Part shown: piece by piece, positions 52,890 to 64,000 of the stretch
Position numbering within the stretch: the stretch's first letter is position 1
How the letters are laid out: every line of letters starts with the position of its first letter
Assembly: GCA_964016885.1 (NCBI GenBank)
Contig: OZ024746.1
Location: forward strand, 6,820,001 to 6,884,000
From: Eledone cirrhosa
Lineage: Eukaryota
Reading direction: 5' to 3'
Length of the DNA: 64,000 nt
The notes under the pieces: model-generated
What the model was told of the DNA's origin: nothing
What the model saw: only the letters and a program-made list of their open reading frames with translations
The model's database searches: none
Program-made: the position numbers and the translations under genes

Positions 52890-55801
52890 TATGTAAGATA
52901 AAGCCTTTGCCATGAAAATACAATAGTATATATAGAGTAATGTAAATCCTAAAGAAGCAGTTTTCCATCAGTGAATAAATTTTATTAAATAATTTAAAAC
53001 AAGTTGTGTCTGAATTTCAGCAATTTCTGATCTCCAGAAAAAAAGTATTAATCCTAATGTTTTTCATCTTAAATACTGAGATTACTCGCAAGGTTACAAG
53101 TCTATATTTCAGTGCTCTCTTCAGTGAAGAAGATAGAAAAATGCTATATATGCAAAATGTATGGTCCCGTAACTCGTAGGGATGCTGTATGAACAGCACC
53201 GGCATTTCTAAGGCACTTTTTAAACCTGGCAGAGCTCAATCTTCTGCAGGTCTGAATATAGCAGATTTCTACCAGAGAAGGATAGAGAAAGTGAGAAAAA
53301 GATATAGAGGAAGAATCGACCCCAATACTTGACTGGTATTTTTTTTTTATCGGCCGTGAATGGATGAAAAGCAAAGTTGACCTTGGTGAGATTTGAGAGC
53401 AGAGAGTCGAAACAAATACTACAAAGCATTCTATCCGACATTCTACCATCTCTGCCAATTCTCTGCCTAGAAAAATGCTATATAATAGACTTCAAAATGA
53501 ACCAAGCAATAAACCAGACTGGTTAAATTCTAAATACTTGTCAAGTGACATCTGACATTTTCCATCTTTTATTACAAATTTTGCTTCTTTTTTTCGTTTG
53601 TTTCTGCGAGGGATGGCTCCTCCTGAAATGTCAGAATTTATCTCTGTTCCCGACACACAAACATTTTATTTTGCAAAATATATCAACATCTTTCAGCAGA
53701 TGTAAAGCATCAGTAATTTTACCAAAGTCTAGATACTTCATGATGTTCTTTTGTACATTTACTAAATACTGCTTACTTTGCTCATTGGTGCTATTGATTT
53801 ATCGACTATAAATGGCACAGAAAAGATGCCATATTTTATCCTTCTATAGATGTATGTATTGACAAGAAAATAAAAATTATTTGTGCTTTTAAAAGAGACA
53901 GAAAGTTCATATGTATGCTTAATAGCTCAGTATTCTAATATCTGCATTATCGAATATTAGTTTGGAAAAATGTAAGTTAAATGTGTACTTGATTGCACTG
54001 GAAAGCTTCAGAAAAAAACAATAAAACAAATTACAAGAATCTTATAATAATCATGTGAAATTCCTCATGAAAAACATCAAATACTTTGAAAATAAGGAAT
54101 ATGTACAAAATGAATGCTTTTTTTATTTACGTTTGACTTCCTTCATATATATAAAATTACTAAAGACTTGTGATAAAATATTCCCTCAAGCTAATAGCAT
54201 AGCTAAGCACAGAACAAAAGAGAAATATATGCAGCCTTGCATCACATGACAACCTCAGAAAGAAACTTCTAGAACATATCTTTCCAAATATATGAAACAA
54301 ATAAAGCAAAGGATCTGATAAAAGTACATTACATTTTAAAGCTATATTACAAGAATGCTAAAATAGATAAAACAATTTTAATATTGATAAATTAATAAAA
54401 ACCAATCAAAGACCAAGATGAAACTCTGTCCTTTAATCAAAACTTCTAAACAAAAGAAAAAAAACTAAAATCATATCACCATATAATTGGATGCTGAGTG
54501 CACTAACAACCCTACCCATACTTTTCTGATTTGTCTTCTTTTTATAAATACTGGGTATAGTCTATAAGTCAGCTTAAACTGACAGACCAAACGCCACTTC
54601 TTTTATTGTTTTTTCAGAAAGATTTAATGCAATATTTCAATTAACACCATTGTAATTTTTGTACATGTTTTACAATGTACAACTTTTTTCCTTGTATCAT
54701 GTGATATATCCCATTTCTATCAGGAATCAATCAGTGTATATATCCCATTGCTATCAGGAATCAATGCGATGTATCACATTTCTATGAGGAATCAATCAGT
54801 GTATAAAGTAATATTTTTTCATGTATCATCATCATCATCATCGTTTATATCTTTCAAAATGAAATCTATGCCTGAAATTAAATAAAATGAAACATTTCTG
54901 CTAAAGTTGAATGTTAAATATTGATTAGTTTCCAAAGAACTCAACAACCTTATTTTCTAATAAAGTTTATTTTATTTTTAAGAGTCGAAAACATTCCAAG
55001 CACTAAATCATCATCATCATCAGTTAATGTCTGTTTTCCCTGCTAGCAAGGGTTGAATGGGTTTACATAGACCAAGTCAGTACAGATGCAGAGCCACTAA
55101 CATCCCAGAAAGGCCAGGGTGGTCACTATCCTGGTTACGTACAGTCATTATCGAGTGCAGAGGATAAGTTGTCTTTTGACACTAACTGAAGGTAACAAAT
55201 GGTTTCAATATTTTCATTAAAAGACAATGGAGAAAAACAATTGTATAGATGTTTCAAACAACTCAAGATATATTATTTAGCCTTAGTTAATGTCAAAGTA
55301 AAACAATTAATGCAACCACACTATCATTAAAGTGTTAATCTTCATAAAAAAAGGTTATAAGGGTATGGTGAAAGCTGCAGCACTGAATGCTCCATGCTAA
55401 CACCACAAAAGTCAGAAATTAGTTGAAAGCAAAAGTGAAATGTCTCAAACATAAAATTGAACTTCTAATGTTTACAAAGATTATTGTTTTAATCAGTTAA
55501 TCAGAAGTACTGTTGCTTTGAGTGGAAGATGCTTGATAGAATTCTTACTTAAGAATACTAGCTCTGAGGAAGGAGCAGTGTGTGTTGCTGGCCATTGTCT
55601 GCAGAAATGCCTTTGCCATTTTGTCCATGGAGCACAACCAAAACACCATTGAAAAGGCTTGCTGAACACACAAGCCAAAACTGTTTGGTGCCACACTCGG
55701 GGTTTTACATATCTCTACACCTCCCCATGTATTGAGTACTCTCATGATTAGTGGCCTCCCTGGCCTTAGCACCAAGACTCTCTCTCTCTCTCTCTATCTA
55801 C

Positions 55802-55870
<69 letters not shown>

Positions 55871-57282
55871 AAGAGAGAAAGAGATTGATATCGATATATA
55901 TAATATTTGTATAAATATGTGTGTCTGTGTCTTCACATGTGTCTTCACAATGATACAGCTTGGTAACATTTGTGTAGGTTGTGTATGTCCCAGAACTTAG
56001 AGAGCAAAGTTATATAGAGTTATATAATGTTGAAAATCTTCTGAAAGGTTATGTTTACAGTTCTTCTCAATGATTACAATTTGTATCTAGATTCTTATTC
56101 AACAATTATTATTTCTAAAATTTAATAGAGTGCAAACTATTGAATTCTAAAGTAGAATTTGTGTAAATAACTGGAAAGACAAACATGAAAAAGAACTAAT
56201 AAAAAGCATAATAAAGATATGATGAAAGGCCATTGAAATTATCTTAGCATTCTTGAAAGCATTAATATCAATATCAAAGGCCAAACAATAAAATAAACTG
56301 AAGAAGCAATTAATATAAGTGAAATAGAAATTAATTTGGAAATGTAACTTCAGTTTTATATAGTGTCATTTCCTGGAATACAATCAAAGAGACAATATAC
56401 AAATAAATATCACAGACAAAATTAAAGAGGAAAATGTTTATAGAAAGTCAAAAGCAACAGTTCTTTATTTCAATGCCCCCCCCCCCCTCTCTCTCTCTCT
56501 TACTTACACTGTAAAGACAAACAAGTGGTACAGAAGAACTAAATACTTAACATGGAAGAATTGGTAAAAACAAGTTAACAAGACAAAACAGCACTGAAAG
56601 GGTTAGCCAAAAAGTAATTTGACAAGTATCAACAATAAGTTGTTAGAGCTCGGGGATAGAAATGCCAAATAAGGAAAGAGAATAAATAAATATTCAGAAA
56701 AGGTAATTAAAGGTAAATATTAAAGAAATTAATTAAAACAAGTTAAGCTAATATCGATCTCAATCAATAAAAAAATAAAAAAAAATAAAAAAATGTCTCT
56801 ATACACAATAAAGACCAAAAGAATAAAATTAATATTTGTGATTATAAAATGTTGCCTTTATTTAGGATGAATATAGATCCAAGCAATAAATATTTGATCC
56901 ATAAATATAAATTCCCTTTGTAAGAATAACATAAAATGATAAAAAAATTATAATATAACAACATATATATATATATTTTAATAGCAAACCTCTTTTAAAA
57001 AACAATTTAGATAATTATTTTAAATATATCTAGCGTCTAAACTTAACGGTCCTTTTCAGTTTTAACGTTATCCTCATTAGCATATTTATCCTGAGTTTTG
57101 AAAATTTATTCACTATCTACAATGAACTTATAACATTAAGTTCATATGAAGATATGTCACTATCTTTAAACCAAATATTGTATTTTATCTGACAAAAGCA
57201 TACCAAAATGTTGGTACCCTTGAAATATGTATAATAAAATAAATATGGTTTTATAAAGATATTTTCCATTTATTAATATTAT

Positions 57283-57355
<73 letters not shown>

Positions 57356-57599
57356 AGAGTCACTAAAGTGACAATACTTTTATCCCAGGAGATATGGTTC
57401 TCTCAAAGAGTAAGCAGAAAGATACATAAAATAATATCAAATCAAAAAAAAAAACTGTTGCTAAAAAGACAGCTAAAGAATCTTGTTTAGCAGTAGGAAG
57501 ACATTCTGTAAATTGACTCAAAATATTCTAAAGTGTACTTGACATCTACAGGTGGAACATTTACTTCTCAAAAATAGAAAAAAAAGAGGAAAAAACTAT

Positions 57600-58171
57600 T
57601 TAACTCTTTCATGTCCCCATTTCTAATGAAATACACTCCATTTCAATTAATAAATTAACAATTTTGAAGGATTTACTAAAATTATTAATTATTTCATTAC
57701 TAAGATAGTAACTTAATGTAAGGTTCTTATATAAAATTATGTTGGAAGATTTTAATTTAAATTGGAAACCTTTAAAATGGGTGGTGTTATTCCATAGAAT
57801 CAGCTGGTTTTAGCTGGGTGGTTTTATTTCATAGAACTAGAGCTGGTTTTGGCTGGGTGGTTTTATTTCATAGAACTAGAGCTGGTTTTGGCTGGGTTGG
57901 TAACTAAAGGGTTAAAATGGGTGGTTTTATTTCATAGAACTAGAGCTGGTTTTGGCTGGGTTGGTAACTAAAGGGTTAAAATGGGTGGTTTTATTTCATA
58001 GAACCAGAGCTGGTTTTGGTCAGGTTGGTAACTAAAGGGTTAAAATGGGTGGTTTTATTTCATCGAACCAGAGCTGGTTTTGGCTGGGTTGGTAATTAAA
58101 GGGTTAAAATGGGTGGTTTTATTTCATAGCACCAGAGCTGGTTTTGGCTGGGTTGGTAACTAAACGGTTAA
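57600..58171 (+). mobile_element. Same MITE family with 5 TIR-bearing units plus 2 shortened units
   Basis: Same ~170-bp body followed by tandem terminal units. Confidence 0.75.
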
Positions 58172-58957
58172 AATAACAATTGAAGTTTAGTGAGAAGTTT
58201 TGTCAATAATGATAAAAAACATTCAGAGAATAAATTTTGCTATCTTTATGAGATGAGGAAATAGATATTGGAAAGAATTATAAATGGAACCAATACAATT
58301 AAAATGGTAAGATGGTGGCAAAATATCCCATGTCTGTAAATGGTGGCTTGAAAATAATTCTTTGTTTCTTTCCACTGTGCATTTTGTTAACTGTAAAGTG
58401 GTCATGTAGGTGACATGACAAAAAGTACCCAACCTACACTGTAAAGTGGTCGTGTAGGTGACATGACAAAAAGCACCCAACCAACACTGTAAAGTGGTTA
58501 TGTAGGTGACACAACAAAAAGTACCCAGTCCACACTGTAAAGTAGGTGTCACAATAAAAAGCATCCAGCACACACTATAAATGTGGTCTGAATTAGGAAG
58601 GGTATCCAGTAGTAGAACCCAAGCCAGAAACAGTTTTCTATGAGCAAGACAAGGTCACCTGAGCTGACTTGCCTCAAATGGGACAACTCGTCTAACCCAT
58701 GCTAGCATGGAAAATAGACATTTAAACGATGATGATGATATTGATGTTGATGTTACTACATTGAAATATTAGAAATTTTACTCTCAACAACAAGCAGATT
58801 CTAATTACACAACTAACAGTCCTTCTATATAAATTCTACATTGGATTTTCTGGCATAAAACAATCTTCTAAAGCTTATTCTTATATAGAATCACCTGTAA
58901 TTTCTAGATTCTTCACATTATATTCTTTCCTTTTTTTTTAGTAGCCCACTGTAGTGG

Positions 58958-59240
58958 TGGTGGCACATGGCCTAGTGGTCAGGGTGTTGGACTGACAATC
59001 ATAATGCTGTGGGTTTGATTCCTGGGCTAGGCCATGTGTTGTGTTATTGAACAAAACACTTCATTTCACATTGCTTCAGTATACTCAGCTGAAAATGAGT
59101 ACCAGCAATAGCTGGGGATTTAACTGCAATGGACTGGAATCCTGTCCAGGGGGAAGTTTTGTACTATCAGTCGCTCAACGACACGGAAACTGGGATAAGC
59201 ACCGACCTGATGAGTCTCTGGGCTCCAGACAGAACTTTAG
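58958..59240 (+). mobile_element. Third tRNA-derived SINE family (second copy ~147-395)
   Basis: A box TGGCCTAGTGG, B-box-like GGTTTGATTCC, CORE-like block, and body ctgcaatggactgg…cctgtccagggg shared by both copies. Confidence 0.7.
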
Positions 59241-59350
59241 AATCACCTTCCGACTCCTATGCCTATATTTTTGTCGCACCTTTCAGTCACAAATGGTCTC
59301 CAATAGACACAACATCTGTAAATATCAACAGAGAAGCTAGAAACACTTAC

Positions 59351-59414
59351 CTTCTTTTTTATGTCTTGAACCTTTCGCAGAGGTTGGCCGAGTTAACTTC
59401 CGTAATGTAATATC
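59351..59414 (-). CDS. TRAF3IP1: TRAF3IP1/IFT54 internal exon (64 nt, phase 0 to 1): DITLRKLTRPTSAKGSRHKKE
   Basis: Acceptor tttctttacttcttatAG, donor AAG|GTAAGT, open frame, and phase fits the exon at 48958-49057. Assigned by linkage to the conserved downstream exons. Confidence 0.75.
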
Positions 59415-60260
59415 CTATAAGAAGTAAAGAAAACAAACAATGTTAGTTTTGGCTGTATGTGTACGTATGTGTGTGGATGTGTGTATGCGTATGCGTGTGG
59501 ATGTGTGTGCGTGTGTATGCATATGCGTGTGGTTGTGAGGAGGGGAGGATTAACTAAAAGGAATAAGTGTCAAATCTTCTGAAAAGCACTAGCAGTGTGA
59601 CCAGCACTAAAGAAAGCATGATATAGAGGGCTCATCATCACGCTAGCATGGGTTAGACAAGTTGTCCTGTTGTGAGACAAGCTAGGTCAGATGACCATGT
59701 CTTGCTCATACACAACTGATTCTGGCTTGGTTTCTATGGTTAGATGCCCTTCCTAATGTGCAATTACTTTACAGTGTGGACTGGGCAGTTTTTATAAGAC
59801 ATAGATAGATATAAAGAGAAAGAGAATGAAATATAATTGTGACATACAACAAAATTTGACTATAAAATGTTTCTTTTTCAGCATTTGTACTTTTAACTAA
59901 TAAAAACAACTTCTTAGAAATAATACGATGACATAATAATTGTGACAGATGGACAGAGAATACAAAACTATGATGGAAATTACAGCTATTGTTTTGTTTT
60001 TCTTTTACCTATTTAATCAAGCAGGGAAGAGTAGTACCTGTAACACTTCCAGGGCCTCTGAGAGAGCTAAGAGAAAATGAAGAAGATATTCTTGAACTTT
60101 TGAACAAGTTTCTCTACTTTTTACCAATGAATCATCATTCCCTTTCATATAGAGAGATATGGGCAGATTCTATACAGCTGGGATATCTAACACAGGCAAA
60201 TGATATAAGCTCAACTATAGATGTTAATAATGTTTTACTTAAAGCAATTGTTTAGTTGTG

Positions 60261-61000
60261 CTACCTACCTGCCAGCTTACCTGCCTACCTACCTCCCTAC
60301 CTGCCTACCCACCTACCTTCCTACCTTCCTCCCTACCTACCTCCCTACCTTCCTACCTGCCTACCTTCCTCCCTACCCACCTACCTACCTACCTACCTAC
60401 CTACCCACCTCCCTACCTACCTACCTTCCTCCCTACCCACCTCCCTACCTACCTACCTTCCTCCCTACCCACCTACCTACCTACCTACCCACCTCCCTAC
60501 CTACCTACCTCCCTACCTGCCTTCCTCCCTACCTACCTCCCTACCTACCTACCTCCCTGCCTACCTACCTACCCACCTACCTACCTACCTACCTACCTAC
60601 CTACCTGCCTGCCTACCTACCTACCTACTTTCCTTCCTACCTACCTACCTACCTCCCTACCTTCCTACCTACCTACCTACCTACCTGCCTTCCTCCCTAC
60701 CTACCTACCCACCTACCTACCTTCCTACCTTCCTCCCTACCTACCTACTTTCCTTCCTACCTACCTACCTACCTAACTACCTACCTTCCTACCTAACTAC
60801 CTACCTAACTACCTACCTACCTACCTACCTAACTACCTTCCTTCCTACCTTGCTACCTACCTACCTTTCTACATACCTACCTACCTACCTACCTTTCTAC
60901 CTACCTACCTACCTGCCTTCCTACCTACCTTCCTAACTACCTACCTTCCTACCTAACTACCTACCTTCCCTCCTACCTACCCACCTACCTACCTTTCTAC
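60261..61000. repeat. Degenerate (CCTA)n tetranucleotide tract
   Basis: Direct reading. Confidence 0.95.
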
Positions 61001-61028
61001 ATATATACACACACAGACACACACACAT

Positions 61029-61218
61029 AGGAAGTTACAAGTACACTCCACTAGTTAGGGAATTACAAGTACAATCCACTAGTTAGGGAATTACAAGTAC
61101 AATCCACTAGTTAGGGAATTACAAGTACAATCCACTAGTTAGGGAATTACAAGTACAATCCACTAGTTAGGGAATTACAAGTACAATCCACTAGTTAGGG
61201 AATTACAAGTACAATCCA
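61029..61218. repeat. 28-bp minisatellite, ~6.5 copies
   Basis: Unit gggaattacaagtacaatccactagtta. Confidence 0.9.
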
Positions 61219-62427
61219 TTAATGGAACAGTAAAAATATGTAAAAGCCTTCCAAAAATTCTGCATGTAATAACTGCATGTACACATGTACAGATATAAAA
61301 CACATGTATATATACATAAATAACTCCACACTGTAAATGTGGTTGGTGTTAGGAAGGGCATCCAGTCGTAGAAAACGCGCCAGACAGTCCTATCTTGCAA
61401 GACAACCAATTTTGCCTCAAGTGGGAAAATTCCCGTCCAAACCCATGCAAGCGTGGAAGATGGACGATGATGATGATGATGAACTCAAAACATACAAATC
61501 CACAAATACAATAACATCCATACCTGCACACACGTGCACATATCTACCTAGTTGATGTTGTGTAAATTCCAATGAAAGAGTGTTGTGTCTATGTTAGAAA
61601 CCAACTCTCTCGTTATTGGGAAAAATTTATATAATAATGGTTTCTGATTTAGGCACAAGGCCAGCAATTTTTGGGGAGTGGGGGAGACAATTAAAACAAC
61701 CCCAGTGCATTACTGGTACTTTATTTTATCGACCCCCGTAAGGATGAAAAGCAAAGCTAACCTCAGAACGTAAAGGGTCATAACTCTATGCTGCAAAGCA
61801 GGGTGTCCAACGCTCTACTGATACTGACATAACCAGAAGAACATATCTACCTATATAAATACATACATATCTATCAACATACATGCATGCACTGCCATAA
61901 CCAGAAGAACATACATACATATCTATATAAATACATGCACACACACACACACACACACACATATATACATATATATATCCTTATTAATCTTAAATAAAAA
62001 CTTTATTGGAAATGAAATATGAAGAGTATATTGGTGAACCCACAATCATTTGTTCAAATTATTGATATAATTAATCCAACTTCCAACTAGAACATACCAA
62101 TTCTTCAACAAAATGTCAAGATATTCATGTTATCTGAGGACATTTTATATTTTTCTTTAAGATTTGAATTGTTTTCTTGTCTTGTTCAGATAATTATGGC
62201 AACTTTAACCATTTTGAACCAGAAATAATTATGTTTAGTATATATATGGAGAATCCATGTTGTTTACCTTCTACTGTCAGTTATAGAAGATATGCAACAG
62301 AATCTTGAGTAGACTTAAGTTCCCTTCTTTAAACATTCTAACTGCATCAGGATAATTGACAGAATCAGCAAGTAAAGAAAAAATTAAGATAATTTACAAC
62401 TGACAGGGGGGGGGGGGGGGGGGGTAT

Positions 62428-62900
62428 TTAGCTGATGTGCACCTCACCTTTCTGATGTACACCTCACCTTAGCTGATGTACACCTCACCTTAGCTGATGT
62501 ACACCTCATCTTTCTGATGTACACCTCACCTTTCTGATGTACACCTCACCTTTCTGATGTACACCTCACCTTTCTGATGTACAACTCACCTTAGCTGATG
62601 TACACCTCACCTTAGCTGATGTACACCTCACCTTAGCTGATGTACACCTCACCTTAGCTGATGTACACCTCACCTTAGCTGATGTACACCTCACCTTAGC
62701 TGATGTACACCTCATCTTTCTGATGTACACCTCATCTTTCTGATGTACACCTCACCTTAGTTGATGTACACCTCACCTTTCTGATGTACACCTCACCTTT
62801 CTGATGTACACCTCACCTTAGCTGATGTACACCTCACCTTAGCTGATGTACACCTCACCTTAGCTGATGTACACCTCACCTTTCTGATGTATACCTCACC
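62428..62900. repeat. 21-bp minisatellite, ~22 copies, preceded by a poly-G run
   Basis: Unit ttagctgatgtacacctcacc with a tttctg variant. Confidence 0.92.
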
Positions 62901-64000
62901 TGCCAGAGACACTTCTGTGCGAGCGAGACATGGTCCCCTGACCATTCCCGCATCAAATGGAACAAAACCGTCTAACCCATGCTAGCGTGGAAGATGGACG
63001 TTAAACGATGATGATGATCATCATTCAATGCTTGGGTTGGAACAGTCCTTCTCAGCATGGCATCTCTCCACTCATTGTGTTCCTTTGTCATCTAACTCTC
63101 TCATTGTTAAGTTGGTGTTTGGAACTTAACTTAACAGAGATTCTTACATAATATTGTGATGAGGCTGTTCAGATGAGATAAAGACTTTAAATACTTTAAA
63201 CAGCTTTCTATAATAGAACCAAGGGTAGTTTCAAGCAGTTTGCTATCAAAATGGTCATAGAAATGCTGTTGTTTTGGATAACAGAAAGATTTTGCCTCAA
63301 GTAGGAGTAGGCTATTGGACTGATGTTTCAAAAATTTCATGTTGCACGATAGCAAAATATGGGCAGTAAGAGAAGCAAACCTACAGCAACTGAAAATGAT
63401 GAATTAAATCATCATCATCATTATTATCATCATCATCACCATTTAACGTCCATTTTCCACATTGGCACGGGTTAATGTAAATGGAATTATATGAAAGTGC
63501 AACACGAACTTACGAGGTAAATTAAGTGCAGTTGTATTAGATGGGTCACCGTGCAAGAGAAATGGCTTGTTATTTGAATGAATGGCACATGCTGTTAAGA
63601 AATTTAGCAGCACTTAAGGAAGAAGGCAATAAAGGCAAATACAGGCAAGAGAATGTTAAGATTAATTACATCTTATTATCTTGTCTGACATAGATAGGAA
63701 AAGATCAGATGATTATTGGTTCTGGTTACAACTTGTTCAACCCATGCCAGTATAGAAAATCAATATTATGTTGTTAATGGTGATATATATATTCTGTATT
63801 TATTCTGTGACAATACACAAAATATATAAAAGTAGATATGAGAAAGTAGCAGAGAAATTACAAGATCTTTACATTAATAAAACAGATAGTAGAAGTGAAG
63901 TTCATATTTCATGATGTAAAATAAAAATCCAGATATAGTGAGTGCTTATTCAAATTTATCAAGAGGTTCCATTCATTTCCAATTGAGGAAGTAAATCCTC

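Noticed and set aside
55510-55700. Possible mariner transposase relic (PATHTA…FLSKNSIKHLP)
   Set aside because: Resemblance is too weak, with no catalytic motif or TIRs visible.
60221-60936. LPTY-repeat proteins
   Set aside because: Translation of (CCTA)n.
61029-61218. Interstitial telomere (TTAGGG in each unit)
   Set aside because: Only one hexamer per 28-bp unit, not tandem TTAGGG.
62268-62343. Possible upstream IFT54 exon (AAG|GTAAAC donor)
   Set aside because: In-frame stops and no reading that gives the phase-0 end needed to join 59414.

Overview
AT-rich, repeat-dense eukaryotic (animal) DNA, probably cephalopod/octopod judging from the SINE/LINE make-up (inference, no search run). 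Five small minus-strand exons with canonical splice sites and compatible phases join into the central part of TRAF3IP1/IFT54 (…GSARRAPPKLR…LGTGKPTNVI…DEEEQFILE…). One intron is about 40.6 kb. The introns hold RTE-clade LINEs (one near full-length but disabled), a CR1-like LINE lacking its RT core, tRNA-derived SINEs, Helitrons, piggyBac-like, Tc1/mariner-like and hAT-like MITEs, long (TA)n tracts and many minisatellites. No CRISPR, rRNA or true tRNA is supported, and most ORF-track entries are repeat artefacts. The best leads are: minimal hammerhead ribozyme motifs in fold-back palindromes; a 64-bp satellite made from a TTAA-bounded MITE end; LINE/SINE tails derived from an RTE C-terminal coding end; a fold-back Helitron junction; and (TA)n lying inside a target-site duplication. 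Exon coordinates were counted by hand. Repeat boundaries are approximate.
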